32,000 nucleotides of DNA, taken from contig NZ_AFEJ02000004.1 in NCBI RefSeq assembly GCF_000238775.2, positions 120,101 to 152,100 of the forward strand, in the 5' to 3' direction. The DNA comes from Acaryochloris sp. CCMEE 5410 (GTDB lineage Bacteria > Cyanobacteriota > Cyanobacteriia > Thermosynechococcales > Thermosynechococcaceae). The position numbers and the translations under genes were made by a program. Below the pieces are notes generated by a model that did no database searches, was not told the DNA's origin, and worked only from the letters and a program-made list of their open reading frames with translations. This document shows positions 9,869 to 19,173 of this stretch, in pieces. Position 1 is the stretch's first letter. Each line of letters starts with the position of its first letter.

Positions 9869-10256
9869 GGGTGAGTCCTCTGATGTAGCCTTTACACTCA
9901 AATCTCAATGTTGGGGTTAAACCTGAGTTAAGAGTCATTCTCAATAGAGTTACAACTAATCCCTGCAGAGTCATCCTAAATATCAATTCAACGTCAAACT
10001 ATATCCGCTGAAATTCATATTTTACGTATGCTAGCAATTCTGTCGTAAAGTTGTCAGGTTTTCATTTCATATTCACAGTTGAGAAAATTATCAATATGAT
10101 CTTCAACTAAATTCATTGAGATTTACTTATTTTCAACCACCCAGTCATGCATTACAGGCCAAGACTGGGACAAAAATATCGATACTCTGATTACGTTATT
10201 GTCGAAGCGGAATTAGGCTCGATCTATGATGAAGCTAGCCTTTCCAGGTGCCCCAG

Positions 10257-11045
10257 ATGGCTTATCCCCTCTCAGCCACTAAACTCATCACCTACCAGCA
10301 GTGCCCCAAAGCCTACAACTTCAGATATGAGCGGGGACTCTCTTCACCCTCTGCCTTCGGTTCGCCTGCCTTTGGGATTGCCCTTCACAAAACTCTCGCA
10401 GATATCTACAAAGACTGGAATTACGATTACCCCCTGCCTTCCCTCGATTGGTTTACCGTTTGCTGGCAGCACCACACTGGAGAGATGAAACCTGCTCAGA
10501 TTCATGAGGGGTGGATGGCCTTGCAGCTCTATTACGAGAAATACGTTGCCCCGCTACCCCAGATTCGTAAACCACTTGGCGTCGAGGGCAAGATCAAGGC
10601 CAGCTTCCAGGTGAACAATATCGAGTTTTCCATCACAGGTCGTTATGACCGCTTAGACTATACCGATAATGGCCTGGAACTGATTGACTACAAGACGAGC
10701 AAGACGATTGGCCCGTCTGATGGAATTGATCTACAGCTAGGACTTTACTTTTTGATTCTGGAACAGATCTACCCAGAAGCACTTGAAACGCTGAGTTTGA
10801 TTTATCTACGGCAAGGTCAGAAAGTTTCATTTGATGTGACGCCTGAGCATCACCAGCAGGTACGGGAATTGATCGGGGACATCGCGGTAAAGCTCAGAGC
10901 AGATGATGAGTGGAAACCGGAAGTTGGTGAACACTGCAACCACTGTGGTTATCAGAAGTACTGTCCCGCGAAGTCCAAGAAGCCAGAGCCATTACCAGAG
11001 GGGACGAAGGAAGCGCGGCAGGTTCAATTAGTGTTGGGATTGTAA
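10257..11045 (+). CDS. PD-(D/E)XK nuclease, Cas4/AddB-like with Fe-S cysteine cluster
   Basis: N-terminal YQQCPKAYNFRY. Core GRYDRLD ... LELIDYKTSK. C-terminal CNHCGYQKYCP (C-x2-C-x5-C). The ORF opens with GTG 10248; ATG 10257 is preferred. Confidence 0.82.
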   Translation: MAYPLSATKLITYQQCPKAYNFRYERGLSSPSAFGSPAFGIALHKTLADIYKDWNYDYPLPSLDWFTVCWQHHTGEMKPAQIHEGWMALQLYYEKYVAPLPQIRKPLGVEGKIKASFQVNNIEFSITGRYDRLDYTDNGLELIDYKTSKTIGPSDGIDLQLGLYFLILEQIYPEALETLSLIYLRQGQKVSFDVTPEHHQQVRELIGDIAVKLRADDEWKPEVGEHCNHCGYQKYCPAKSKKPEPLPEGTKEARQVQLVLGL

Positions 11046-11085
11046 TCAACACTTTAGTCATCCAAAGATGAGAATCTAAAAAAAA

Positions 11086-11571
11086 ATGGCACACTACAAT
11101 TTCATTACAGTTTGGGACATTGATGCCCCTATTGAGGACGTTTGGGAGCAACTGATTCACTCTGAAGATTGGCCTCAATGGTGGCCTGCTGTCCAAAGTG
11201 TTATTGAATTGGAAAAAGGGGATGAACAGGGGATTGGCAATATCCGTGAATATCATTGGAAAACTCCTCTCTCCTATGCTTTAAGCTTTAAAACTCGTTT
11301 AGTTCGCATTGAACCACCAATACTGATTGAGGGAATTGCAAGCGGAGAAGTGGAGGGAAAAGGAATTTGGGAACTTCAATCCATACCTAAAGGGACTCGC
11401 GTCCATTATTACTGGATTGTAGTGACAACCAAACTCTGGATGAATCTACTAGCATTGCTGCTTAAACCACTCATGGAGTGGAATCACAATGCAACTATGA
11501 AACAAGGTGCCCAAGGTTTAAGCCAAAGGATGGATACAGAGGTAACTTGTCAGGAGATGGCTGATTCCTAA
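11086..11571 (+). CDS. SRPBCC (START/polyketide-cyclase-like) family protein
   Basis: 161-aa ORF. The N-terminus ITVWDIDAPIEDVWEQLIHSEDWPQWWP is typical of SRPBCC proteins. Confidence 0.75.
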   Translation: MAHYNFITVWDIDAPIEDVWEQLIHSEDWPQWWPAVQSVIELEKGDEQGIGNIREYHWKTPLSYALSFKTRLVRIEPPILIEGIASGEVEGKGIWELQSIPKGTRVHYYWIVVTTKLWMNLLALLLKPLMEWNHNATMKQGAQGLSQRMDTEVTCQEMADS

Positions 11572-11690
11572 GCTTTGGAAGTAAAGATCATGCAAGCTTT
11601 GATGATGCCCTTCAGTCGCAGTTGTAATGTTGTGATTTAGAGGGAGCTAGGAAATATGCCAGGGACTCTTGATCGAGCAACCAATAAACC

Positions 11691-12059
11691 CTATAAACAC
11701 CTACGACTAGCATCTCCCAGCAAGAAAACATGGACGAGTTGCTGTGCAAATGCTATCGGTACTACCCAATGAGCGCAGCCCACGATCAGATACGCCTCTG
11801 GTTCTCCGGTGAAATAATAATCGAGACTGACGTTGCATTTGTTCACTGAGTCATAAAACATACAGGACAACTCAAAAAACTTGGTTGGGGCCATTTCCAG
11901 ATTCACAAAGCCCTCAATGATAACTTCTGAAGTCTTAAAGAGTTGGATTTCGATCTTCAAGTGTCCTGGCCCAGATATTTCCAAAGTCTGAGATTCCATG
12001 CCGACTTGAGTCTCAGGCTTCAGACCTACTCGCCACCCTTCAATCTCCTCACTCCTCAT
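11691..12059 (-). CDS. Hypothetical protein (last gene of the minus-strand array)
   Basis: ORF 11691..12182. The internal ATG at 12059 follows GGAGG and lies 17 nt after the upstream gene's stop. The longer form would overlap that gene by 107 nt. Confidence 0.5.
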   Translation of the reverse strand: MRSEEIEGWRVGLKPETQVGMESQTLEISGPGHLKIEIQLFKTSEVIIEGFVNLEMAPTKFFELSCMFYDSVNKCNVSLDYYFTGEPEAYLIVGCAHWVVPIAFAQQLVHVFLLGDASRRCL

Positions 12060-12075
12060 CCGCAAATCACCTCCA

Positions 12076-12951
12076 TTATCCAAACTCTGGGAATTCCCGC
12101 ACTCGAAGATCCTTGGGCCATTCCTCAGCATCTCCACCCTTCGCAGAACGGAGCTTTGGAACACCCACGGGATTACTGCCAAGCTGCTTGATAAACACGG
12201 GGATATTGGCTGACTTGCATTGGTCTCGAATCAAGCGAATCCAAGCCACATCACAAGGCCGAGCGCCTGGGCCAGACTCACCCCCGGTGATGCACCAGAT
12301 CGGAGACGATGATGCCAGATTAAGGTCTACTGCTTCCAATAACGGCTCACAACTCAAAAACCGGATGGAGGCTGGTGTTTGCCCGAGCAAAGGAATTCGC
12401 TCGTCTGCGGCCTTTTGGTTCTCAACTGATACACCTAACCAAAGATTAGATAGGGGCCAATCCCACTGACATGATTCAAGGTCGGCTAATACCTTGTGGT
12501 TGACATTGGCGGATCGGCCCTTATCAACAGCGGCAATCCGAATTCTATTTTTGGCACTCCTGAGATAATCCCGCATTCGTTTTGGCCGTTTGGTTAGCAT
12601 CTGTACGGTAACCTGGGGGTTGAGCGCGATTGCAGCAAAGATCTGATCCAGCCACTCGTCTTTAACCGCTGAATGAAACGGGTCAGACATCGAGGGCATG
12701 AATACTCGGGTCGGTTTGCGGAACTTGAATAGCTTCTCCAACTGCTCAGGGACAAAGTTCACCTGACCCGTCCAGTTCCCTTTCTCATCGACAACACCGT
12801 GATACTGAGGAAATTGTTGCAGTCGTCCTGACTTAGAAGCTCTGGCCGCATAACAATGTTCACAACCGCTGCTTTTTGCTCCCTTGGCTCTAACCTTTGT
12901 ACAACCCACCAAACAGTTGATAGTATGATCGGTCCATTCGATAGTGGTCAT
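12076..12951 (-). CDS. Phage Gp37/Gp68 family (PF07505 / DUF5131) three-Cys-motif protein
   Basis: Hallmark N-terminus MTTIEWTDHTINCLVGCTKV...SSGCEHCYA. ATG at 12951 is preceded by GGAGAAACAGAC. The N-terminal extension to 13128 overlaps the upstream gene. Confidence 0.85.
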   Translation of the reverse strand: MTTIEWTDHTINCLVGCTKVRAKGAKSSGCEHCYAARASKSGRLQQFPQYHGVVDEKGNWTGQVNFVPEQLEKLFKFRKPTRVFMPSMSDPFHSAVKDEWLDQIFAAIALNPQVTVQMLTKRPKRMRDYLRSAKNRIRIAAVDKGRSANVNHKVLADLESCQWDWPLSNLWLGVSVENQKAADERIPLLGQTPASIRFLSCEPLLEAVDLNLASSSPIWCITGGESGPGARPCDVAWIRLIRDQCKSANIPVFIKQLGSNPVGVPKLRSAKGGDAEEWPKDLRVREFPEFG

Positions 12952-12991
12952 GTCTGTTTCTCCAAAAGTTTTTATCAGGCTTGCTTCAGCC

Positions 12992-13618
12992 CTATACTTC
13001 CGCTCCCCAACACTCCCAACCCGGACGAGGGCACCGAGAGAACAACTCGATACGCTGACCGCCCAAGGCATCCCCCAGTCGATCCGCCATCTGGTAGAAC
13101 TCTTCTGGCTTTTGAGAGTGCTGACCAAGGGGAGCCTGGAATGCGGTGGGAATATTAGTCAATCCCAGTGCCATAAAGGTTTTAGCCTTTCCTTTGCGGC
13201 CTATAAGAACGTGTTCAGTTGCATTTCGACCGTAATGTCCTACACCGAATCTAATCTTGGACCTGTCTAATGTCGTCTTCACCCACGTATGTATGGCTTT
13301 GTACTCAAATCCCCATGCCTCCATAACTCTGAACGCCACTGGCAGATGGTTGTTTGTCGTCCACAACAACAAATATGAATCTGGAGCGGCAATCGAACTC
13401 ACGGGCATTGCCATGATTTCTTCATCAGTCATCGCTGGGTAAGGGCACCGTCCCCGATGGGTTTTGTCGGATTCCCGGAGATGGTAGCTCCAAGGTGGAT
13501 CAGCCGCTATCAGGGAGAATGCACCCACAGGGAGGAGTGGGGTATTCGGAATAAGGTTGAGCGTGATGGCAAGCTTCTGCTGCCCACGCTTATCGGTTGG
13601 TGCGTACATGGTTTTCAT
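12992..13618 (-). CDS. MT-A70-family DNA methyltransferase (DPPW motif)
   Basis: IAADPPWSY catalytic motif and GVGHYGRNATEHVLIGRKG. The ORF opens with TTG 13630; ATG 13618 is preferred. Confidence 0.88.
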   Translation of the reverse strand: MKTMYAPTDKRGQQKLAITLNLIPNTPLLPVGAFSLIAADPPWSYHLRESDKTHRGRCPYPAMTDEEIMAMPVSSIAAPDSYLLLWTTNNHLPVAFRVMEAWGFEYKAIHTWVKTTLDRSKIRFGVGHYGRNATEHVLIGRKGKAKTFMALGLTNIPTAFQAPLGQHSQKPEEFYQMADRLGDALGGQRIELFSRCPRPGWECWGAEV

Positions 13619-13700
13619 GGGTGATTCCAATGATGAATAAGGTTGTCATGGGGAGAGTGGCAGCACTCACAGACGACCGCTCTCTGTCTGGTCAAGTCAT

Positions 13701-14828
13701 TCAAACCAGCGAGAGCTGCTTGACCTTCCCGGTTGCCTCTTGCCAGGTCTGCTCAAAGTAATTCGGTCGATGCACCTTGTTCTGGATAAAGCCAGGGGCC
13801 GCAACCCAGAACCCTTCACAGGCCAGGGACTCATCGGGGTTTCTTTGATAGTCATAAGCCCTGGTATAGGTCGGGTCTGAGGTATCGCAAGCACAGCCGT
13901 GTTGCTTGGCAATCACACTCACTTGGGTATCAGCAGCACGACGAGGCATCGGATCAGACACTCTCATGACTCGCCTACTGATCTGCTTGCCTTGATAAAT
14001 GCGCTCGACTCGGTAAACAGCCCAATCAATTGAGTCCAGGTGATTTACGGCCATGTCCCTGACGAATTGGGGGGCAACCTCCCAGGCAGAGCGACTGGCA
14101 TATAGCTTCATTCTGGGATTGAGAGCAAGCGCAGCAGCTTCCAAGGTCAGGGCATACTGGCCCGCCTCCGGTTCAGACTCCCAGCGCTGGCCCGCCTGTT
14201 CAGGCCTGCAGAATGGGCAGAACACACAAGCTGACTTGAGCCAATCCGCCCCGGTCTTCTCACGGATATAGTCAATGCAAGTCTCCCTGTCCCAGCCCCA
14301 CTCTTGGAGCGGAAATCGGTAGTCTGACCCCATGCAAGGATAGTCCACGCACTTGGCTGAGCGCTTCTCTTCTCCCTTGGCATAGCCCAGGTAAGGACCG
14401 ATAGCCTCACCAGAGAGATGATCCGTTATCCAACTATCGATGACGACACCTTTGAACTTCATGGCACAGGTATGCGCTCCACTCACGGGTTGGCTGGTGC
14501 CCGCAATTCTCAGGGAATGGCCGAGAGTGTAATCGCCTTCGATATGGCAGATTTGGGGATTTCGAGTGTCGCTGAGGACGGTGTAGCCATCTTTTTTAGA
14601 GTGGCCCGCCTTAGCGACCTGGACAAAGCGGATCTGGCGCTGTCGGAGCAAGGGCAAGAGGTGAGTCTCGACCAGACTCTTGGTGGATTGATGTTCGTTG
14701 CCTGTCTGAGCGGTTATCAATATCAGATCATCAAAACTCGCAAAAGGGCGGGTTCGGGGGTTATAAATCCAGGAAAGCAAAATTGCGGTTGAGTCAACTC
14801 CTAAACCCCAATTAAGTACATGGATCAT
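13701..14828 (-). CDS. Divergent PAPS-reductase-like PP-loop ATP pyrophosphatase family protein
   Basis: N-terminus MIHVLNWGLGVDSTAILL (a variant of SGGxDS). Late CVFCPFC motif as in phage PAPS-reductase-like proteins. AGGAG lies 7 nt before ATG 14828. Confidence 0.65.
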   Translation of the reverse strand: MIHVLNWGLGVDSTAILLSWIYNPRTRPFASFDDLILITAQTGNEHQSTKSLVETHLLPLLRQRQIRFVQVAKAGHSKKDGYTVLSDTRNPQICHIEGDYTLGHSLRIAGTSQPVSGAHTCAMKFKGVVIDSWITDHLSGEAIGPYLGYAKGEEKRSAKCVDYPCMGSDYRFPLQEWGWDRETCIDYIREKTGADWLKSACVFCPFCRPEQAGQRWESEPEAGQYALTLEAAALALNPRMKLYASRSAWEVAPQFVRDMAVNHLDSIDWAVYRVERIYQGKQISRRVMRVSDPMPRRAADTQVSVIAKQHGCACDTSDPTYTRAYDYQRNPDESLACEGFWVAAPGFIQNKVHRPNYFEQTWQEATGKVKQLSLV

Positions 14829-14926
14829 GAGTGACTCCTGAAAACATCGCCCAGAAAGAAATAAAGAAACATGCCAAAGTAGATGGATTGCCAGAGCAGC
14901 CACCAGACAAGGGTGTAGCTATTCAT
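14825..14926 (-). CDS. Candidate 33-aa hydrophobic micropeptide
   Basis: Read manually: MNSYTLVWWLLWQSIYFGMFLYFFLGDVFRSHS. GGAGGTAATC precedes ATG 14926. Its TGA overlaps the next gene's ATG (ATGA). Below the ORF-track cutoff. Confidence 0.4.
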   Translation of the reverse strand: MNSYTLVWWLLWQSIYFGMFLYFFLGDVFRSHS

Positions 14927-14978
14927 GATTACCTCCCGAGTTTTCAGAATCCAGATAGAAACTGAAATATTTGTGGTT

Positions 14979-16331
14979 TCAAAAATTGGGGGATGACAGG
15001 GATTCCAGGCAACGAGTCAGAATCATCCGCATCACTGGTGGAGTGACAGCGTTGCCAAGCTGTTTGACCCTCTCTCGCTTATTTCCCAGAACTTTGTAAT
15101 CCTGAGCAAAGGCCATTGCTGCCTGGATTTCATGGGGCTGCAACATGCGGAAATAGCAATCCTCAACAGAAATAGAATGATCCGGTTGCACCAAGGCATG
15201 ACGATCCGCAGCAGTAATAGTGGGAATGGCAGCATCCATGCCACAGACCTGATCTGAGCCGCTGTAATAGCTGGTTAGAAAGGGTTGAACCAGAGAATTA
15301 TGGTCAACTGTGGTGATTGTGGGCAGTGGATCACGGATGCTAGCAGCCTGTGCCCCGGTGTAGTTCCGCACAATAAACGGTGTTGCCAAGGCCATTGTTT
15401 GGCGGGCAGTGTGGGTGGGAAGAATCCCCTCCACACTCCGAACCCGACTGCTCGTGTCATTGCCGTAAGCCGTTTCCACCAGGACAGGATTGTTGAACTT
15501 CTGCAGCCCTTTACGGATGCGCTCTAGGGTCGCTGGCTTCAAGGGTCGTTTGCGTTCACCTACTTTGGTACTGGGATAGCTCCAGTCGATAGCTGTGTGT
15601 GCCGGGGTATAGTATGGCTCCACCACCTGGGCACAACTAGGACAGCGGTATACATATTGATTGCGCTTGCCGTAGCGCCCCCACTTCTTAAATGGGTTTT
15701 TCCAGGACTGAATAGCCTCGACTTCACCGCATTGGGAGCAGTGGGCCAGCGGGGTAAAGCTGAGGTTAGGTTTGGGGTTGTTTCTCCTCCAGAAGACGAT
15801 GTACACCCGGTCTCTGCTTTGAGGTGCTTCAGCAAACATGCTGTTGAAGAAGACTGCCTCATGGTCATACCCCAAGGTATGCATGGCATTGAGCCAGCTA
15901 TCGAACAGTATCCAGTGGCGCACCTCGACCACGTTCTCGACAACGACAAAGTTGTACTGATGAACCTCTGAAAATCTGACGATGTCCCATAAAGTAGCCC
16001 TTGACCTTTCTTCAGCCGGGTCAATGGTTTGGGGGTTGAACAAGTCCATCTGGCCCAGGTTCTTGCGCTTTCTCCCTTTGGCTAAACTATGGTTTGTGCA
16101 TTCAGGGCTAGTAATCAAAATATCGGTACTGGGATAGCGGCGAGGGTCGCAAGCGCTGATGTCTGTGCAATCATGAGCCGTATTAGGGAAATTGGTGTTG
16201 TGGGTTTCCACTGCCTTCTCCCAATGATTGATTGCCATGACGATTTCACAGCCTGCTTGGGCAGCACCACTACTCGAACCGCCACAGCCGCAAAATTGAT
16301 CGGTGACGGTGATATAGGATTTCTTCTTCAT
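14979..16331 (-). CDS. dcm: DNA (cytosine-5) methyltransferase with zinc-ribbon insertion
   Basis: Motif I DQFCGCGG. Motif IV SPECTNHS (catalytic Cys). Motif VI VVENV. Motif VIII QSRDRVYIVF. Motif X QLGNAVTPP. The variable region carries a CSQC...CPSC insertion. ATG 16331 (MKKKSY...) is preferred over ATG 16355. Confidence 0.9.
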   Translation of the reverse strand: MKKKSYITVTDQFCGCGGSSSGAAQAGCEIVMAINHWEKAVETHNTNFPNTAHDCTDISACDPRRYPSTDILITSPECTNHSLAKGRKRKNLGQMDLFNPQTIDPAEERSRATLWDIVRFSEVHQYNFVVVENVVEVRHWILFDSWLNAMHTLGYDHEAVFFNSMFAEAPQSRDRVYIVFWRRNNPKPNLSFTPLAHCSQCGEVEAIQSWKNPFKKWGRYGKRNQYVYRCPSCAQVVEPYYTPAHTAIDWSYPSTKVGERKRPLKPATLERIRKGLQKFNNPVLVETAYGNDTSSRVRSVEGILPTHTARQTMALATPFIVRNYTGAQAASIRDPLPTITTVDHNSLVQPFLTSYYSGSDQVCGMDAAIPTITAADRHALVQPDHSISVEDCYFRMLQPHEIQAAMAFAQDYKVLGNKRERVKQLGNAVTPPVMRMILTRCLESLSSPNF

Positions 16332-16333
16332 GA

Positions 16334-16495
16334 CTAAGCCCCCAAACGATTGCATTCTCGACAGAACCCTTTGCTATCGAGATGTGAGGGTCTGTACCAC
16401 TCGCCACAGGCACGGCATTGCTGCTTAGGCTTTGGGCTAAGACTTTGCTTGATAGTTTGAACAATCCGATGCAGAAAGCTGTGTTCTGATTTCAT
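16334..16495 (-). CDS. Candidate 53-aa zinc-ribbon protein
   Basis: Read manually: MKSEHSFLHRIVQTIKQSLSPKPKQQCRACGEWYRPSHLDSKGFCRECNRLGA. AAGGAGAAATAGCA precedes ATG 16495. It fills the gap between flanking genes exactly. Confidence 0.55.
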   Translation of the reverse strand: MKSEHSFLHRIVQTIKQSLSPKPKQQCRACGEWYRPSHLDSKGFCRECNRLGA

Positions 16496-16507
16496 TGCTA
16501 TTTCTCC

Positions 16508-17557
16508 TTAAGTCGGGCCTGCGTCCTCCCCAAATGCGCCCGCAGGCAGAGTCCAGGCATTCGGGTCAATGAGGATGGGTGCTGTATAGTCTTGGCTCAG
16601 GGCTAGCTGGAGCTGGTCAGGATGCTGGTGGATGGCCTCATAGACCTTGCCCTTGGTCGCCATCTCTGGGATGGAAAGCTTGTTGTCGATGGTATGCTGA
16701 AACGCTTGCTCGTACTGGTGCAGCCGCTCTGTGCGTTCTGGTGAGATGGCTAGATTGGAAGCCCATTGGTTGGGTGAGCCAAAGATACAGAACTGGCAGC
16801 TCAACCGCCCCCAGCCCAGATGGTAGGCAGGATGGGCCTGCACTCCCCAGCGCTGGATTGTTCCCCAGATTTGCTCAGTGGTATAGGCATGGACGGGACG
16901 CCAGTGGTCAATATGACGCCTGAGCTTATGGCTGTCCCGCCGATCAGTCCGGTGAGGCTCAAAACTCTGATACTTGGCCCTAGCTGCACTCTCCTGCGCC
17001 CGTTCCCCTGTGACCACCAGAGTTCGGGAATGGTTGAACCGGGATTGGTTGGCAATGGCGGTGCTAAGAACATCAATCTTCAGATACGAAGAACACCAGC
17101 GGGTTTTGAGGTCAGCGGTTTTGGCAGGAAACTTGCACCGAGTTCCAGGCTTGCCTTGCCCTCCAGAAACTTGCTCTCCATCAGGCGTTTCAAAGTGCGT
17201 GGGTGCCTTGGGTTGGTCCTTGCGACACATTTCGCGTTCTAGCCCTCCCTCCAGCCAACTCATATACAGAGGAAGGTCGAAGGCTTGGGCAAATTTGCGG
17301 CAGTAGTTCTCAGTGACAGGCCAGTCAAACAAAGTAGAGCTTTGGGGGTTGACTGGAGTATTGCTTAGACCATCGACAAGGTGGTGATGCAACTCAATCT
17401 TGCTCCTGTCCACTCCCAGCTCCATCAACCGGAGCAGACAACAGATAGAGTCCTTGCCTCCAGAGAAGGCAACGATGATGCAGTCATAGGTGGACAGATC
17501 AGGGAGCGTCGAAACACCGGGCACCTGGAGGGGCAAGACCATTTGGGTGGCGCTCAT
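16508..17557 (-). CDS. PAPS-reductase-family PP-loop ATP pyrophosphatase (phage/plasmid type)
   Basis: Canonical PP-loop IIVAFSGGKDS. Also RWCSSYLKIDV, TGERAQESAARA and GWGRLSCQFCIFGS. ATG 17557 (MSATQ...) lies 10 nt after the upstream stop. Confidence 0.85.
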   Translation of the reverse strand: MSATQMVLPLQVPGVSTLPDLSTYDCIIVAFSGGKDSICCLLRLMELGVDRSKIELHHHLVDGLSNTPVNPQSSTLFDWPVTENYCRKFAQAFDLPLYMSWLEGGLEREMCRKDQPKAPTHFETPDGEQVSGGQGKPGTRCKFPAKTADLKTRWCSSYLKIDVLSTAIANQSRFNHSRTLVVTGERAQESAARAKYQSFEPHRTDRRDSHKLRRHIDHWRPVHAYTTEQIWGTIQRWGVQAHPAYHLGWGRLSCQFCIFGSPNQWASNLAISPERTERLHQYEQAFQHTIDNKLSIPEMATKGKVYEAIHQHPDQLQLALSQDYTAPILIDPNAWTLPAGAFGEDAGPT

Positions 17558-17567
17558 GATCCTGCCC

Positions 17568-17783
17568 CTAACAACACAACTTGAGTCGAACAGCGGGGCG
17601 TAAATCTGTGATTTTGACTGTGGTGAAGTTCTTACTCCACTCCCCGGATTTGTCCTTGGCAATCATCAGAACGTGCTGTCTGGAGACTGTTGAGAACACC
17701 TTGAGACGGGTGCCATTCTGTCTCCTGAGCGTTCCGAGGAAGTACACAAGATGATGCTGAGGCGAGTACACTAAATCGCTCAT
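17568..17783 (-). CDS. Hypothetical protein
   Basis: 71-aa ORF. GGAGGAAAATCCC precedes ATG 17783. Confidence 0.6.
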   Translation of the reverse strand: MSDLVYSPQHHLVYFLGTLRRQNGTRLKVFSTVSRQHVLMIAKDKSGEWSKNFTTVKITDLRPAVRLKLCC

Positions 17784-17831
17784 GGGATTTTCCTCCAGTA
17801 TTCAATTGGTTAATTTGGGTTGTGGCTACCG

Positions 17832-18086
17832 TTAAAGTTCGAGATAGGTGACGGCAAATGCACCTTCAATATCTGCAGTGCATTTTCTAAAGCAGATGCA
17901 ATCACCGTCTGGTTCTAGGAAGTACTCCATCCAATATTCATGGCGAACCTGATGAGCTTCAGCAGGGCAATCTGGATTGACGGCCTGAGCAAAAGTGGCT
18001 GGATCAAAATGACCGAGGGCATAGCAGCCTTGCAAGCCACCAATCCAATCACAGCCCACTTCCCGTAATTCCAGAACTTCGATCAT
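17832..18086 (-). CDS. Hypothetical Cys-rich protein
   Basis: 84-aa ORF. AGGAGACAGTCCC precedes ATG 18086. Confidence 0.6.
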   Translation of the reverse strand: MIEVLELREVGCDWIGGLQGCYALGHFDPATFAQAVNPDCPAEAHQVRHEYWMEYFLEPDGDCICFRKCTADIEGAFAVTYLEL

Positions 18087-18225
18087 GGGACTGTCTCCTA
18101 TTTCTATTCATAAGCAAACAAAAGGATGAAGTTGCCACCCTTCTGTTGAGGTCGCGATTTTGCTGTGGTGGCTCACCCAAATCTGGCGGACATTGGGCAG
18201 ATAAAATATAGATGTATTCTTCTCC

Positions 18226-18260
18226 GGCAACTCCCCAAACGGTGGGTTGCCCTTTATTTC
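18226..18260 (+). terminator. Plus-oriented terminator-like hairpin
   Basis: GGCAACTCCCC-aaac-GGTGGGTTGCC (11 bp with one wobble and one mismatch), followed by CTTTATTTC. Confidence 0.45.
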
Positions 18261-18266
18261 GAGTTC

Positions 18267-18524
18267 TCAAACTTGGGCCAAGACCTTCAGGCCCACCTCC
18301 GTTTCGTCTCCTTCGTCCATCTCTCGTAGATTCTTCAGGTATTCTGGTGTTGGATAAATTCCCCGTGGTTTCCCACAGTCTTCACAGAGCCAACGACAAT
18401 AGGGGCGACCAGAGGATTTATGGATCAATACTTGGGATGAGATCGCAAACTTCAGTTGATGACAACTATGGCAACGACGAATTCTCGGCACCTCTTGGAG
18501 CCGCACAGGTTGATATTGAAACAT
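18267..18524 (-). CDS. Hypothetical zinc-ribbon protein
   Basis: 85-aa ORF with CHSC ... CEDC pairs. AGGAGAAATCTACC precedes ATG 18524. Confidence 0.65.
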   Translation of the reverse strand: MFQYQPVRLQEVPRIRRCHSCHQLKFAISSQVLIHKSSGRPYCRWLCEDCGKPRGIYPTPEYLKNLREMDEGDETEVGLKVLAQV

Positions 18525-18565
18525 GGTAGATTTCTCCTAGATAGAAAATCTCAAAGATTCAACTT

Positions 18566-18605
18566 GAGGCGATTCTTACTAGCTGGAATCGCCTCATTTT
18601 TTATT
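18566..18605 (+). terminator. Canonical intrinsic terminator oriented for the plus strand inside a minus-strand gene array
   Basis: Perfect 10-bp stem GAGGCGATTC / GAATCGCCTC with a 10-nt loop, followed by ATTTTTTATT on the plus strand. No T-run in the minus sense. Confidence 0.6.
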
Positions 18606-18624
18606 CGATTGATTCACTACAGCC

Positions 18625-19008
18625 CTAGATGCCAGCGTCCTTGTGCTTCCACTCCAGGTAGGATTTAATGACATCGCCGTGGCAGGCCAGGGGAGCACAC
18701 CAGCAGAGCAACTTCACTTCTGGCATGGCCTCCAGCTTGGCTAGCTCTGCCATCACTTGAGTACGATTGGGGCGCTTCCACATGCCAGACACAGTGACGT
18801 TGTATTTGTCAGCCAGACCTGGGACCACATCAACGGGATTGGCTCCCAGGTTGGCGACTTCATGGAGGTATTCACGGAACGCTGCGACCACTGCCATTCG
18901 CTCAGATTCATGGAACATATGAAAGGGATTACCAAGGACGCTGGCACGGTCGCAGCGGTAGCCCTTGACATTGCGATTATGGCGAAGATTAATGACGGTG
19001 ATTGTCAT
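18625..19008 (-). CDS. DUF4326 domain protein
   Basis: GNPFHM and LLCWCAPLACHGDVI match the DUF4326 signature. GGAGA Shine-Dalgarno before ATG 19008. Confidence 0.78.
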   Translation of the reverse strand: MTITVINLRHNRNVKGYRCDRASVLGNPFHMFHESERMAVVAAFREYLHEVANLGANPVDVVPGLADKYNVTVSGMWKRPNRTQVMAELAKLEAMPEVKLLCWCAPLACHGDVIKSYLEWKHKDAGI

Positions 19009-19173
19009 AATGATTCTCCCAAAATAAAGTGGGAATCAAGACTACTTAAATTGCCCTAATTCTTCATAAATACAGCAGTCATGAAAATGCAGAAATGTAT
19101 AGATAGTAAGGATTGTCTTGGTGAACGTGATAGATTTATAGGCATGAAACAGAAGCATTTTATGCTTTAGTCG

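Noticed and set aside
12060-12182. Longer 163-aa form of the last array gene, starting at 12182.
   Set aside because: It would overlap the 3' end of the Gp37/Gp68 gene by 107 nt. The internal ATG at 12059 has GGAGG and sits just after that gene's stop.
12952-13128. 59-aa N-terminal extension of the Gp37/Gp68 ORF.
   Set aside because: The family-typical N-terminus MTTIEWTD starts at 12951 with its own Shine-Dalgarno site. The extension overlaps the MT-A70 gene's 3' end.
19081-19170. 29-aa plus-strand ORF (MKMQKCIDSKDCLGERDRFIGMKQKHFML), immediately followed by the plus-oriented hairpin at 19174-19205.
   Set aside because: The placement in front of a terminator is attractive. But there is no Shine-Dalgarno site and no convincing promoter, so it is too short to support from sequence alone.
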